From: Escherichia phage vB_EcoM_ASO1B
Sequence record: MZ726792.1
Strand: one strand, 5' to 3'
Length of the DNA: 64,000 nucleotides
Part shown: piece by piece, positions 33,703-52,590 of the stretch
Layout of the letters: each line of letters starts with the position of its first letter
How positions within the stretch are numbered: the stretch's first letter is position 1
Position numbers and translations under genes: made by a program
The notes under the pieces: model-generated
Database searches by the model: none
Told to the model about the DNA's origin: nothing
The model's input: the letters and a program-made list of their open reading frames with translations, nothing else

Positions 33703-35169
33703 ATGGCAGATATTACAGAAACACAAGAAAGCTTACCACCATTTAGAATGGGTGAAGTAGGTTCTTTGGGTCTGAAGGTTAAGAATGGAAGAATCTATGA
33801 AGAACCTCGTCAGGCACTAAGGTTCCCTGAAAGTATTAAAACTTTCCAATTAATGATGCGTGACCCTGCTGTAGCAGCATCTGTAAATATTATTAAGATG
33901 TTTGTCAGAAAAGTCAACTGGAGATTCGTACCTCCAAAGGGAAAAGAGCAAGACCCTAAAATGCTTGAAAGAGCAGACTTCTTTAATTCTTTAATGGATG
34001 ACATGGAGCATGATTGGGCAGATTTTATTAATTCTGTAATGTCATTCTGCACTTATGGGTTTTGTGTTAACGAGAAAGTTTATAAGAAGCGACAGGGTAA
34101 AAAAGGAAAGTACCAGTCAAAATTTGATGATGGTCTAATTGGATGGGCTAAATTACCAATCAGAAACCAATCAACACTTGATAAGTGGTATTTTGACGAA
34201 GACTTTAGAAAAGTTACTGGTGTTAGACAGAATCTGAGAAATGTTTCACATATTGCTGGAGCAATTAATCTTGGAGAAAGACCACTAACAAGAAAACTTC
34301 CACGAGCTAAATTCATGCTGTTTAAGTATGATGATGAATATGGAAACCCAGAAGGTCGTTCACCATTACTTAATGCCTATGTACCGTGGAAGTATAAAGT
34401 TCAGATTGAAGAGTACGAAGCCGTTGGTGTTTCAAGAGACTTGGTAGGTATGCCAAAGATTGGTTTACCACCAGATTATCTGGATGAAAATGCAGAACCT
34501 GAAAAGAAAGCTTTCGTACAATACTGCAAAACTGTTGTTAACGATATGATTGCTAATGATAGAGCAGGTTTAATCTGGCCTAGATATATCGACCCAGATA
34601 CTAAAGAGGATATTTTCGAGTTCTCATTAGTTTCTAGACAGGGTGCTAAAGCATACGATACAGGTTCTATTATTGACAGATATTCCAAGCAGATTATGAT
34701 GGCATTTATGTCAGATGTTCTTGCTATGGGTCAGTCAAAATATGGTTCATTCTCTCTTGCAGATTCTAAGACAAGCTTACTAGCAATGTCAGTGGATATT
34801 CTGCTGAAGCAAATTAAGAACGTAATTAACCGTGATTTAGTTGCACAGACTTATGCTCTTAATATGTGGGACGATGAAGAACATGTACAAATCACTTATG
34901 ATGATATCGAAACTCCAGACCTTGAAGCAATTGGTTCTTATATCCAGAAGACTGTTGCAGTAGGTGCTTTGGAAGTTGACAAAGAGCTATCTAACAAGCT
35001 TAGAGAGCATATTGGTCTTCCTCCTGCTGATGAGTCTCAACCAGTATCTGAAAAGCTTTCTCCAAATAGTCAAAGCCGTTCAGGAGATGGTTATAAGACC
35101 GCTGGAGAAGGTACTGCAAAGACACCTTCAGCGAAAGACCCAAGCACAGCAAATAAGGCAAATAAATAA
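33703..35169 (+). CDS. portal protein (by position and size)
   Basis: ~490 aa directly after terminase; acidic C-terminus; ORF-track start 33694 is GTG, ATG at 33703. Confidence 0.55.
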   Translation: MADITETQESLPPFRMGEVGSLGLKVKNGRIYEEPRQALRFPESIKTFQLMMRDPAVAASVNIIKMFVRKVNWRFVPPKGKEQDPKMLERADFFNSLMDDMEHDWADFINSVMSFCTYGFCVNEKVYKKRQGKKGKYQSKFDDGLIGWAKLPIRNQSTLDKWYFDEDFRKVTGVRQNLRNVSHIAGAINLGERPLTRKLPRAKFMLFKYDDEYGNPEGRSPLLNAYVPWKYKVQIEEYEAVGVSRDLVGMPKIGLPPDYLDENAEPEKKAFVQYCKTVVNDMIANDRAGLIWPRYIDPDTKEDIFEFSLVSRQGAKAYDTGSIIDRYSKQIMMAFMSDVLAMGQSKYGSFSLADSKTSLLAMSVDILLKQIKNVINRDLVAQTYALNMWDDEEHVQITYDDIETPDLEAIGSYIQKTVAVGALEVDKELSNKLREHIGLPPADESQPVSEKLSPNSQSRSGDGYKTAGEGTAKTPSAKDPSTANKANK

Positions 35170-35669
35170 TGGCTGAAGTTATCTCTATTTCAAATGCTAC
35201 ACGAGTGCATTCGTATAGAGGTGTTCTTATTATCACTGACAAATTATCTGTAGGGGCTGGCTCAAGGGTCAGCCTTTCAGGTTATGTAAGTGATGGTGGA
35301 ACCTCTGACGTTTTCACTATTTGTAGGTTACTTGATGCTCCAATGAGTGGAAAACCGTTTATTTCAGGAAATTGTAGTGAAATTGTTAAAATTCCATTTG
35401 ACAGTTCATGCCTTTTGGGTGTAAAGTTATATAACTGCGAGAATAAACGTATCAATGTTAATAGCATTGAAGTCGCTTTCATTACCCTCGACACTGCATT
35501 TCAATCTCCAATGACAGTTAATAAAGAAACAAACAGACTTGAATACATTTTTTCACAAAATGATTACAAAGTACTTGTCAAAGGCAAAGTATATGATATG
35601 ATTGTAAATGTGGTAGATGAATCTGGTAACCATTCAACAGTCCTTAAACAAAAAGTAAGGTTTAATTAA
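35169..35669 (+). CDS. hypothetical structural-module protein
   Basis: 166-aa ORF, start overlaps portal stop. Confidence 0.45.
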   Translation: MAEVISISNATRVHSYRGVLIITDKLSVGAGSRVSLSGYVSDGGTSDVFTICRLLDAPMSGKPFISGNCSEIVKIPFDSSCLLGVKLYNCENKRINVNSIEVAFITLDTAFQSPMTVNKETNRLEYIFSQNDYKVLVKGKVYDMIVNVVDESGNHSTVLKQKVRFN

Positions 35670-36001
35670 TGGGAACATTAACTATTGATGGTAAGAATAA
35701 AATCCTCGCCACGCTAACCCCAACGACTATTATTTTACACAATGTAGACCCAACGGCAGACCCTACAGCAAATAAGGTTACTCAGCCAGTGGCTATTTAT
35801 TTTTCTGAACCGGATAATGGCTTAATTGCCTCAGAAGATACAGTTAATATTACTGTCCCAGCTTCTGCAACGGTCTCACACTATAGCTTGTGGGATGCTA
35901 ACGATAAATGCGTGGCAACTGGTGCTCTTAGCAAACCTCAATTCTTTGCTGAAGAAGGTATCTATGTTATCTCTTCAGTCTCTGTAGATTTAAACAAATA
36001 G
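35669..36001 (+). CDS. hypothetical structural-module protein
   Basis: 110-aa ORF. Confidence 0.45.
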   Translation: MGTLTIDGKNKILATLTPTTIILHNVDPTADPTANKVTQPVAIYFSEPDNGLIASEDTVNITVPASATVSHYSLWDANDKCVATGALSKPQFFAEEGIYVISSVSVDLNK

Positions 36002-36012
36002 GGTGAGTAAAA

Positions 36013-37359
36013 ATGAGTTCGAATATCTTCAGACTTGCTGATAGATTATTCAACCAACCTTTACTAGCCACTGAATCATTAGCTCACTCAGCAGCAACTT
36101 ATGTGAATAACAGATTGCTGGGTGATGTCCAAGCAGCAGTAAACTTTGATAAACCCAAAGGTGAAGCAAGAAGTCTTTTAAAAGTAAAAGATGACATTGC
36201 TATTATTCCTATTATGGGTGGTTTAACCCATCGTATGACATTCATTGATGCAATGTGTACAGGTGGATTAAGCTCTTATGAAGGTTTGCGTAGAGGCTTT
36301 GACGAAGCTTTAGCAGATGAGTCAATCAAGACTATTGTTCTGCACATCGATTCTGGTGGTGGTGAAGCTTCAGGTTGCTTTGAATTAGCACGTCACATTA
36401 TGGCTTCAAGAGGCCAAAAGAAAATTATTGCTTATGTAGATGAGTTCGCTTGTTCCGCTGCATACGCTCTTGCATCTTCTGCTGAAGAAATTATTGCATC
36501 ACCAGATGCAGATGTTGGTTCTATTGGTGTAATTATGGTTCATCAGGAATTAACTAAGGCATTTGAAAAGAATGGCGTAACAATTAACGTCATTAAAGCT
36601 GGTGAATTTAAAGGGATGGGTTCACCATTCCAAGCACTCTCAGAAGAAAGCAAAGAAAGACTTCAAAAGAGAATTAATGATACCTACGCAACCTTTACAG
36701 GTTTTGTAGCCGAATCTCGTAATCTCTCTGAAGAAGCTGTAAAGAATACTGAGGCGAATGTTTATTCTGCTCAGGAAGCTCTTGAACTTGGTTTAATTAA
36801 CTCAATCATGTCTCAAGATGATTTCTTAAATTACTTACAAGGTTCTGAAGAGGCTCCTGTAAGTTTAAACGTTAACAATTCAGGTGAAGAAATGACTGAA
36901 CAAGAAAAGCAAGAACTAGAAGCTTTGCGTCTTCAGGTTGCTCAAATGAAAGCTAAAGAACAGGAAGCTGCTTTGTCAGATTTGACTAATAAGATTTCTG
37001 CTTCTGCTGAAGCTTTTGGGTTTGATGCAAAAGAAGCTGCAACGACTATTTTAGGTGCTGGTCTTGATAACCCTCTGAGCGTTCTGTTTATGAATGCTAT
37101 GGAAGGTGCTAACCAGAAACTTAATGAAACTATCGCGTCCCATGCTTCTGCAATGGAAGAAAAAGAATCAGAAATTACCAAGCTGAAAGAAACTGCTGGT
37201 GCTGTTCTTGAACATTCCAACGCTATGGAAGAAATGGGTAATGACGGCGAAGCTGATTTGGTTGAAGAAGAAAAAGAACCAGCTAAGAATGCTTCCGAAG
37301 ACACCGCTAAACAACGCAAACTGGCTCTCCAGAATGCTCTAAAATCTCTTATCAAATAA
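36013..37359 (+). CDS. prohead protease (S49/ClpP-like) with C-terminal scaffold-like coiled-coil
   Basis: HIDSGGGEASG and FACSAAYALASSA motifs resemble S49 peptidase; C-terminal third Ala/Glu/Lys-rich helical. Confidence 0.65.
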   Translation: MSSNIFRLADRLFNQPLLATESLAHSAATYVNNRLLGDVQAAVNFDKPKGEARSLLKVKDDIAIIPIMGGLTHRMTFIDAMCTGGLSSYEGLRRGFDEALADESIKTIVLHIDSGGGEASGCFELARHIMASRGQKKIIAYVDEFACSAAYALASSAEEIIASPDADVGSIGVIMVHQELTKAFEKNGVTINVIKAGEFKGMGSPFQALSEESKERLQKRINDTYATFTGFVAESRNLSEEAVKNTEANVYSAQEALELGLINSIMSQDDFLNYLQGSEEAPVSLNVNNSGEEMTEQEKQELEALRLQVAQMKAKEQEAALSDLTNKISASAEAFGFDAKEAATTILGAGLDNPLSVLFMNAMEGANQKLNETIASHASAMEEKESEITKLKETAGAVLEHSNAMEEMGNDGEADLVEEEKEPAKNASEDTAKQRKLALQNALKSLIK

Positions 37360-37370
37360 GGAACACAATA

Positions 37371-37748
37371 ATGGCATATCAAGGTTTTACTAAGTTAGGT
37401 AACAGAGAACCTCTGAATGATATCATTCTTTGGGAACAGATTACCCCAACAGGCCACTCTCGTAAAGAGTACACCCCACAGGCATCTACAGAGTATCGTG
37501 TAGGTGAAGTTCTGAAAGCAGATGGTACTAAGGTACAAGCTGGAGAAGAAGCCCAAGCAGACTCTGTATGTATCGTTAATTTCTACGCAGACCTGCAACT
37601 GTCTTACCACGGTCAGTTGAAAGTGGTTGGTATTTACCGCGACGCAGAACTGAAAGACATGCTTACTCTTGAGTCAGATGTTAATGCTGATGAAGTCAAG
37701 AAAGCACTGGCTGCTAAAGGTATTGATTTCGTACCAACTGGCCTGTAA
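37371..37748 (+). CDS. putative head decoration/minor capsid protein
   Basis: 125 aa between protease and capsid gene. Confidence 0.4.
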   Translation: MAYQGFTKLGNREPLNDIILWEQITPTGHSRKEYTPQASTEYRVGEVLKADGTKVQAGEEAQADSVCIVNFYADLQLSYHGQLKVVGIYRDAELKDMLTLESDVNADEVKKALAAKGIDFVPTGL

Positions 37749-37781
37749 TAACAATAATAAGACATTCTGGAGAATTTTACA

Positions 37782-38885
37782 ATGTTGACTAATTCTGAAA
37801 AAAGCAGATTTTTCCTTGCTGACCTGACTGGTGAAGTCCAGTCTATCCCAAATACTTATGGGTATATTTCCAACTTAGGTCTGTTCCGTTCAGCACCAAT
37901 CACCCAAACTACTTTCCTTATGGACTTGACTGATTGGGATGTTAGCTTGCTTGATGCGGTAGACCGTGATAGCCGTAAAGCAGAGACTAGCGCACCTGAG
38001 CGTGTTCGTCAAATCAGCTTCCCAATGATGTACTTCAAAGAAGTTGAAAGCATCACTCCTGATGAAATTCAGGGTGTACGTCAGCCAGGCACTGCAAACG
38101 AACTGACTACTGAAGCTGTAGTACGTGCTAAGAAGCTGATGAAGATTCGTACCAAGTTCGATATTACTCGTGAGTTCCTGTTTATGCAAGCTCTGAAGGG
38201 TAAAGTTGTTGATGCTCGTGGTACGCTGTATGCTGACCTGTACAAGCAGTTCGACGTTGAGAAGAAGACTGTTCACTTCGACCTTGACAACCCTAATGCT
38301 GACATCGACGCTTCTATTGAAGAACTGCGTATGCACATGGAAGACGAAGCTAAGACTGGCACTGTAATCAACGGTGAAGAAATTCACGTAGTTGTTGACC
38401 GTGTATTCTTCAGCAAACTGGTTAAGCATCCTAAGATTCGTGACGCTTATCTTGCACAGCAGACTCCGCTGGCTTGGCAACAGATTACTGGTTCTCTGAG
38501 AACTGGTGGTACTGACGGCGTTCAGGCTCACATGAACACCTTCTACTACGGTGGTGTTAAGTTTGTCCAGTACAACGGTAAGTTCAAAGACAAGCGTGGT
38601 AAGGTTCATACTCTGGTGAGCATTGATGGTGCTGGTGCAGAGGTTGGTGTAGGACACGCTTTCCCTAACGTTTCTATGCTTGGTGAAGCAAACAACATCT
38701 TCGAAGTGGCTTATGGTCCATGTCCTAAGATGGGTTACGCAAATACACTTGGTCAGGAACTGTACGTATTCGAATATGAAAAAGACCGTGACGAAGGTAT
38801 TGACTTCGAAGCTCACTCTTACATGCTGCCATACTGTACTCGTCCTCAGTTGCTGGTAGATGTTCGTGCTGACGCTAAAGACTAA
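37782..38885 (+). CDS. major capsid protein (by synteny and codon bias)
   Basis: 367 aa following protease/decoration genes; strong SD; highly-expressed-like codon usage (CGT, CTG, GGT). Confidence 0.6.
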   Translation: MLTNSEKSRFFLADLTGEVQSIPNTYGYISNLGLFRSAPITQTTFLMDLTDWDVSLLDAVDRDSRKAETSAPERVRQISFPMMYFKEVESITPDEIQGVRQPGTANELTTEAVVRAKKLMKIRTKFDITREFLFMQALKGKVVDARGTLYADLYKQFDVEKKTVHFDLDNPNADIDASIEELRMHMEDEAKTGTVINGEEIHVVVDRVFFSKLVKHPKIRDAYLAQQTPLAWQQITGSLRTGGTDGVQAHMNTFYYGGVKFVQYNGKFKDKRGKVHTLVSIDGAGAEVGVGHAFPNVSMLGEANNIFEVAYGPCPKMGYANTLGQELYVFEYEKDRDEGIDFEAHSYMLPYCTRPQLLVDVRADAKD

Positions 38886-38906
38886 TATTCTTAAGGAGGG
38901 TTATGA

Positions 38907-39356
38907 ATGTGTTATACAGGCGACCCAGCCAATAACCCTCTTGATAGAGTAAGAATCCTCTGCACAGACACCAATAATGATGAAATTCTTATTGAACAGT
39001 CTGTGCTAGAGTGGTTCTATCTAGAATCTGGAAAGGATGAAAAGAAAGCAGCCATCAAAGCTCTTAAATATTTACTCTTTCAAGTAGCCAAGATGGGAGA
39101 TGAGAAGGTTGGTGGTGTTTATTTACGTAACTCTTCCAGATTCAAATCTCTGAAAGCTGTTTATGACGACCTTGTTAAAAGCTCTGTTTCAGGACTACCC
39201 TATGCAGGTGGTATTAATCAGTGTGACATTGATATGCGTCGTCAGAATCCTTGCTCTGTCAAGAAATACACAGAATATGGTGATGCTGCCAGATACGAAG
39301 GCAGAGATTACTGCAACCGTGTTAATGGCGTATTTATTATCGAGCGAGATGAATAA
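38907..39356 (+). CDS. head-tail joining region protein
   Basis: 149-aa ORF, SD AGGAGG. Confidence 0.4.
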   Translation: MCYTGDPANNPLDRVRILCTDTNNDEILIEQSVLEWFYLESGKDEKKAAIKALKYLLFQVAKMGDEKVGGVYLRNSSRFKSLKAVYDDLVKSSVSGLPYAGGINQCDIDMRRQNPCSVKKYTEYGDAARYEGRDYCNRVNGVFIIERDE

Positions 39357-39838
39357 TGGTTAAAAGGGTTATTCACCCCGCTAGAGCAAAATTAGTCGGG
39401 GCTATGAAGAACTTGCAAACGGCTAATGCTCAAGTTGGGTATTTTCAAGAACAAGGTCAACATAGCTCTGGTTTTTCTTATCCTGCTTTAATGTATTTAC
39501 AAGAAGTTATTGGGGTTCCTTCAGCTTCTGGTAAAGTATATCGTAGGTTGTTTGAAATCACTATGATGCTAAACAAACAGACCTTGTTAGAGCAGACTAA
39601 GAAGAATCTATATAAGCAACTTAGCAGTCTCAACACAGACCCTTCAAATACCTTAGAAGCATTTGCAAAGAATGCTCAAAAGGCAATTAAAAGGGGTTTT
39701 GGTAATTCTGCTATCCTCCCTCCTAACGCACCTTCCACAGTCAAGAAAAAAGGCTTTAATGCACCTCTTGTTGAGACAGGTGACTTAAGAGATAACCTTG
39801 CTTATAAAATTTCTACTAAGAAGGGTATTAAGAAATGA
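39356..39838 (+). CDS. head-tail joining region protein
   Basis: 160-aa ORF. Confidence 0.4.
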   Translation: MVKRVIHPARAKLVGAMKNLQTANAQVGYFQEQGQHSSGFSYPALMYLQEVIGVPSASGKVYRRLFEITMMLNKQTLLEQTKKNLYKQLSSLNTDPSNTLEAFAKNAQKAIKRGFGNSAILPPNAPSTVKKKGFNAPLVETGDLRDNLAYKISTKKGIKK

Positions 39839-40236
39839 GACTCTTAAACAGACACAGCTTTGTAGTAAAGCGTAAAGTCTCTGAAGACGGTTATTATAAT
39901 GATGATGGTGATTGGGTAGCTTCACAAGATGTTGTAGAGGTTAACTGTAAAGGTAATATCCAGCCATATATCAAAGGTTCTGTAAAGAATGGTACACAGA
40001 TTGCTTTACCGGAAGGTATTAGGCTTACCGATACAAGAATCCTGTATACCACATATAAACTTAGAACTTCAGATGATGTAGAGTGGAATGAGTCTGACAT
40101 TGTTATGATTGATGGTCATGAGTATGAAGTATTTATGACTATGGATTGGTCACAGCAATTAGCCCATACGTCCCATTATGAATATATCATTATTAGAAGG
40201 GATAAAATGAATGCAGTTAGAAACAGCAGAACTTGA
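39835..40236 (+). CDS. head-tail joining region protein
   Basis: 133-aa ORF. Confidence 0.4.
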   Translation: MRLLNRHSFVVKRKVSEDGYYNDDGDWVASQDVVEVNCKGNIQPYIKGSVKNGTQIALPEGIRLTDTRILYTTYKLRTSDDVEWNESDIVMIDGHEYEVFMTMDWSQQLAHTSHYEYIIIRRDKMNAVRNSRT

Positions 40237-40810
40237 AAAAGGTCTAGTTAGAACCTTAGTGGATGTTATTGGTCACAGACTAGCTCGTGATAAGAATAAT
40301 AGACCAAATGTAATTAGAGCTTACCCTTCTGATAACTCAAATGACAAAGGTTTAAAACCTGACCAGCCATTTATTACCGTATATTGTCAAGATGCTGCAA
40401 CACCTTATGGTTGGGTTCTTGATAAGTTTGTTGAGGATGATGTAGTTTGCTACAGAATTGCTTTTCAGATTCCTGTATTAATTACGGTGAATGGTAAAGG
40501 TGCTCACAGTATTATGCTTGAGCTTAAACAACGATTAGAGATGAGTTCAGTCAGAGATTTAATCCTTGAAGAAACAGGAGCTACAGTACTGGACACTGGA
40601 GCTATCCCGAATGACTATACTTATCTCAATACAGATTTCGAAAATTCTGCACCTCTTGTTGTAACTCTTGTAAAAAACTCAGTCCTGAAGGATGAACGTG
40701 GAAGTATTATTGAGCGTGTCATTGTTGATGGTGAGTTGGTTTATGAAGAAGGACAAGAGCCACCAGAATATACTATCCATCTAGATGTAGACTCCAAAGG
40801 GGTAAAATAA
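40211..40810 (+). CDS. head-tail joining / tail terminator region protein
   Basis: 199-aa ORF. Confidence 0.4.
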   Translation: MQLETAELEKGLVRTLVDVIGHRLARDKNNRPNVIRAYPSDNSNDKGLKPDQPFITVYCQDAATPYGWVLDKFVEDDVVCYRIAFQIPVLITVNGKGAHSIMLELKQRLEMSSVRDLILEETGATVLDTGAIPNDYTYLNTDFENSAPLVVTLVKNSVLKDERGSIIERVIVDGELVYEEGQEPPEYTIHLDVDSKGVK

Positions 40811-42163
40811 ATGTGGAATCCAATTGTTAATGTAGATATTACATTGAACACCGCAGGAACTACAAGAGAAGGTTTTGGTTTGCCACTATTCTTAGCTTCA
40901 ACAGATAATTTTGAAGAAAGAGTACGTGGTTACACTTCCTTAACTGAAGTTGCTGAAGATTTCGATGAAAACTCTGCTGCATATAAGGCTGCTAAACAAC
41001 TTTGGAGTCAGACTCCTAAAGTAACTCAGCTTTATATTGGTAGACGTGCTATGCAGTACACTGTATCAATTCCTGATGCCGTTACCGAAAGTACAGACTA
41101 CTCAATTACTGTAGCTGCTGGCGGTGGAATTTCTCAACCATACCAGTACACAGCACAAGATTCAGACACTGCTGAGGTAGTGTTGCAACAGTTTAAAACA
41201 CAGATTGAAGCTGACCCAACAATCAAAGATAAGGTTTCTGTGAATGTAACTGGTAGCAATGGCTCTGCCACAATGATTATTACCAAAGCTGGTGATAATG
41301 ACTTTGTGAAAGTAACAACCACAGCACAGACTGTATACATTGCAAGTACAACTGCCGATACAGCATCAACTGCTCTGGCAGCTATCGAAGCTTATTCTAC
41401 CGACTGGTATTTCATTGCAGCAGAAGACAGAACTCAACAGTTTGTCTTAGCAATGGCTTCTGAGATTCAGGCTCGTAAGAAAATCTTCTTTACGGCTAAC
41501 TCCGATGTAACAGCCCTACAAGGTACAGAATTAGCCAGTGCAAATGATGTTCCAGCACAGCTTGCTAAGAATATGTACACTCGTACAGTTTGCTTGTGGC
41601 ATCACGCAGCAGCAGAAGATTATCCAGAGATGGCATACATTGCTTATGGTGCTCCATATGATGCAGGCTCAATTGCTTGGGGTAATGCTCAGCTAACTGG
41701 CGTAGCAGCTTCTCTACAACCATCTAATCAGAGACCTCTGACAAGTATTCAGAAGTCTGCTTTAGATGCACGTCACTGTAACTTTATTGACCTTGATGGT
41801 GGTGTTCCAGTGGTTCGTAGAGGGATTACCTCTGGTGGGGAATGGATTGATATCATCCGTGGTGTTGACTGGTTAGAATCAGACCTGAAAACTTCTCTGA
41901 GAGACTTGCTAATTAACCAGAAGGGTGGTAAGATTACTTATGATGATACTGGTATTACTCGTATTCGTCAAGTCATTGAAACCTCTCTGCAAAGAGCAGT
42001 CAACAGAAACTTCCTGTCATCTTACACAGTTAATGTTCCTAAAGCCTCTCAAGTTGCTTTGGCAGACAAGAAAGCTCGTATCCTGAAAGATGTTACCTTC
42101 GCAGGTATCTTAGCAGGGGCTATCTTGGATGTTGACTTGAAAGGTACAGTGGCTTACGAATAA
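40811..42163 (+). CDS. tail sheath protein (by size and position)
   Basis: 450 aa immediately before a ~150-aa tube-like gene, chaperone pair and tape measure. Confidence 0.5.
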   Translation: MWNPIVNVDITLNTAGTTREGFGLPLFLASTDNFEERVRGYTSLTEVAEDFDENSAAYKAAKQLWSQTPKVTQLYIGRRAMQYTVSIPDAVTESTDYSITVAAGGGISQPYQYTAQDSDTAEVVLQQFKTQIEADPTIKDKVSVNVTGSNGSATMIITKAGDNDFVKVTTTAQTVYIASTTADTASTALAAIEAYSTDWYFIAAEDRTQQFVLAMASEIQARKKIFFTANSDVTALQGTELASANDVPAQLAKNMYTRTVCLWHHAAAEDYPEMAYIAYGAPYDAGSIAWGNAQLTGVAASLQPSNQRPLTSIQKSALDARHCNFIDLDGGVPVVRRGITSGGEWIDIIRGVDWLESDLKTSLRDLLINQKGGKITYDDTGITRIRQVIETSLQRAVNRNFLSSYTVNVPKASQVALADKKARILKDVTFAGILAGAILDVDLKGTVAYE

Positions 42164-42178
42164 TAGAGGTAAATTGGA

Positions 42179-42625
42179 ATGGCTATGTATCAGCAATATT
42201 CCCCTAAAGACGTTGTATGTAGCTGGAATGGTATTGCCATTGAAGGCTTTGCCCCAGACTCATTTTTACGTCTACAGAGAACATCACCACTTATCACACC
42301 AGTTGTAGGTGCAGGTGGTCAGGTTGCTCTGACAAGAAATGCAGACAAGACAGGTACTATTGAGATTGAGCTAATGCAGACTTCTCTCTCTAACCAGATG
42401 CTTTCTGCAATTCAAGCTAAACAAGACAACATGGAACTTGAAGAAGATATCTCTTCTAACTTCGTAATCTACGACCCATCAGGCTCTGTTCTGGCAACTG
42501 GTATTAATGCTTGGTTGCAGGAATTACCACAGATTGAACTTGGGCGTGACCAGAACTCTAAAACTTGGATTTTTGGTTGTGAGAAGCTAGACTATACTTC
42601 AACAATTCCAGCGTCAAGTGTTTAA
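42179..42625 (+). CDS. tail tube protein
   Basis: 148 aa following sheath; followed by terminator. Confidence 0.5.
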   Translation: MAMYQQYSPKDVVCSWNGIAIEGFAPDSFLRLQRTSPLITPVVGAGGQVALTRNADKTGTIEIELMQTSLSNQMLSAIQAKQDNMELEEDISSNFVIYDPSGSVLATGINAWLQELPQIELGRDQNSKTWIFGCEKLDYTSTIPASSV

Positions 42626-42636
42626 TAAATCCTATA

Positions 42637-42670
42637 AGGGGGAGACTTTAAAAGGTCTTCCCCTTTTTTG
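42637..42670 (+). terminator. intrinsic terminator after sheath-tube genes
   Basis: GGGGGAGAC...GGTCTTCCCC hairpin followed by T6. Confidence 0.6.
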
Positions 42671-42697
42671 TTTCTTTTAAAGTATTAAGGAATCACA

Positions 42698-43096
42698 ATG
42701 AAAACAGAATCTAGAGTAATTAATGGTAAGAAAGTAAATATCGTTCTGCTTGGGGCAAGAGATGGTATTAAGATGTCTATGAAGTTGGGTAAAATTGTTG
42801 TTCCAACCTTTGCACAGATGCTATCAAGTCTGACTGATAAAGATAAGAAAGAAGCTCCAATGGTTCCATTTAAAGACCTTGTTGAAGCTTGTTTTGACAG
42901 AATTGAAGAAATTAACCTTGAAGAGATGGCTACCTTATTATTTCAAGGGGCAACTGTTGACGACTTCCCACTTAATATTGATACGTACTTCCAAGCAAAC
43001 TACGGTGAGTTTATTGATTACTTAGCATTTGCGCTGGAGGCAAACTTCGGAAGTTTTTTCGAAGCAAGCATTTTCAAAAGCCTAACTTCTCAGTAA
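42698..43096 (+). CDS. tail assembly chaperone
   Basis: 132 aa between tube and tape measure. Confidence 0.45.
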   Translation: MKTESRVINGKKVNIVLLGARDGIKMSMKLGKIVVPTFAQMLSSLTDKDKKEAPMVPFKDLVEACFDRIEEINLEEMATLLFQGATVDDFPLNIDTYFQANYGEFIDYLAFALEANFGSFFEASIFKSLTSQ

Positions 43097-43098
43097 AC

Positions 43099-43337
43099 AT
43101 GGGTAACACTCTACAGACACCACTAACTGATGCTGCTGTAGAGGCAACCTATGAAGAAGCAGACGAGATGAAATTTGTGCTTGCTATTTATGGTATGGAA
43201 GGGTGTAAAGAAACACTTGACCAACTCTTTGCTATGACATTCTCTGATTTATTATCATTGAGACAATTTCTTGAGATTCAGAGGTCGTATAAAGAGGAAA
43301 TTGCTTACAACGAACTTAGAAGAGCAGGAAAAATGTA

Positions 43338-43338
<1 letters not shown>
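43099..43338 (+). CDS. second tail assembly chaperone-like protein
   Basis: 79 aa directly upstream of tape measure. Confidence 0.4.
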
Positions 43339-51354
<8,016 letters not shown>

Positions 51355-51356
51355 TA

Positions 51357-52544
51357 ATGGCAGTAGGTGAAATTCAAATTAGTGCCTTGCCTCAAGCAGC
51401 CTTACCAATTGACCTTAGTGATATCTTCCATCTTAAACAAGGTATTGAGGATAAGAGATGCACTCTTGAGCAATTACTTGCTCCACACTCAAGCCTAAGA
51501 AATAACCCTCATGGTGTTACTAAAACACAAATTGGTTTAGATAACGTTATCAATGCTCTTCAGTTAGTTGCTGCAAATAACTTATCAGACGTTACTAATG
51601 TAGCTGAGGCAAGAGCAAATCTACAGATTATGTCTTCAGAAGAGGTTAATAACCTTGTCCAGCAACATATCAAGGACAAGAGTAACCCACACAATACAAC
51701 TAAGGCACAGGTTGGTTTAAGTAATGTTCAGAACTGGACAACATCTAATCTGTATAACGAAGATGCAGATAAGTATGCTACAGCAAGAGCAGTAAATAAC
51801 TTGTACAAGGCTGTTCAGGCTTCTTATCCAGTAGGTACTATCCATCTTTCTATGAACTCTGCAAACCCTTCTACATACTTAATTTGTGGAGGTACTTGGG
51901 AGTTAGTTTCAAAAGGTAGAGCATTGGTTGGTTATGACTCTGACACAAGACCAGCAGGTTCTGTATTTGGTGCTTCAACTGTCACTTTGTCAGTTAATAA
52001 CATGCCTCAACACTCTCACTCTGTGTCTCTTAGTGGTGGTGGTCATACTCATAATGCAACGGTGTCAATTTCAGCTTTTGACTATGGGACTAAGACTACC
52101 AACTCTTTTGACTATGGAACTAAGACCACTAACACAACTGGTAACCACAACCATGTTGGTAGTGGGTCAACAAGTTCTGCTGGTGCTCATAACCACAGAT
52201 TGACCTATGAATCAGGTGGTGGTTTATCGGAAAGACCTGCAATGGTTTGGTCTTCAAGGAATGACCAATCATGGTACTCAGCAGATGCTGTCTGTGAAGT
52301 AGCTGGTGCACACACTCACTCTTTCAGTGTTACCACTAACACAACTGGTAACCACAACCATACGGTTGGTATTGGTGCTCATAGCCACACAGTTGGTATT
52401 GGTTCGCATACACATAATGGTACTGTAACAGTTTCTTCTTCTGAACATACGCATAGCGGGAACACTAATAGTGTTGGTGGAGGACAAGCTTTCAACATTG
52501 AGCAGCCATCCTTCGTACTGTATGTATGGCAGAGAACAGCTTAA
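51357..52544 (+). CDS. tail fiber protein with HxH (His-box) repeats
   Basis: 395 aa; repeated GNHNH, GAHTHS, GSHTHNG motifs; C-terminus QPSFVLYVWQRTA shared with next fiber. Confidence 0.6.
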   Translation: MAVGEIQISALPQAALPIDLSDIFHLKQGIEDKRCTLEQLLAPHSSLRNNPHGVTKTQIGLDNVINALQLVAANNLSDVTNVAEARANLQIMSSEEVNNLVQQHIKDKSNPHNTTKAQVGLSNVQNWTTSNLYNEDADKYATARAVNNLYKAVQASYPVGTIHLSMNSANPSTYLICGGTWELVSKGRALVGYDSDTRPAGSVFGASTVTLSVNNMPQHSHSVSLSGGGHTHNATVSISAFDYGTKTTNSFDYGTKTTNTTGNHNHVGSGSTSSAGAHNHRLTYESGGGLSERPAMVWSSRNDQSWYSADAVCEVAGAHTHSFSVTTNTTGNHNHTVGIGAHSHTVGIGSHTHNGTVTVSSSEHTHSGNTNSVGGGQAFNIEQPSFVLYVWQRTA

Positions 52545-52590
52545 TTTCTTTACAGGGGCTTGATAGCCCCTTTTAAGAGGAAAATTTATA

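Noticed and set aside
37890-38816. 308-aa minus-strand ORF nested antisense within the capsid gene
   Set aside because: Entirely inside a high-confidence, codon-biased structural gene; low-complexity translation (runs of V/L/S/N); no RBS; typical shadow ORF.
51928-52487. Short ORFs on both strands inside the His-box tail fiber gene
   Set aside because: Arise from the repetitive CAC/CAT-rich sequence encoding HxH repeats; alternative frames give Leu/Val/Thr-rich low-complexity peptides.
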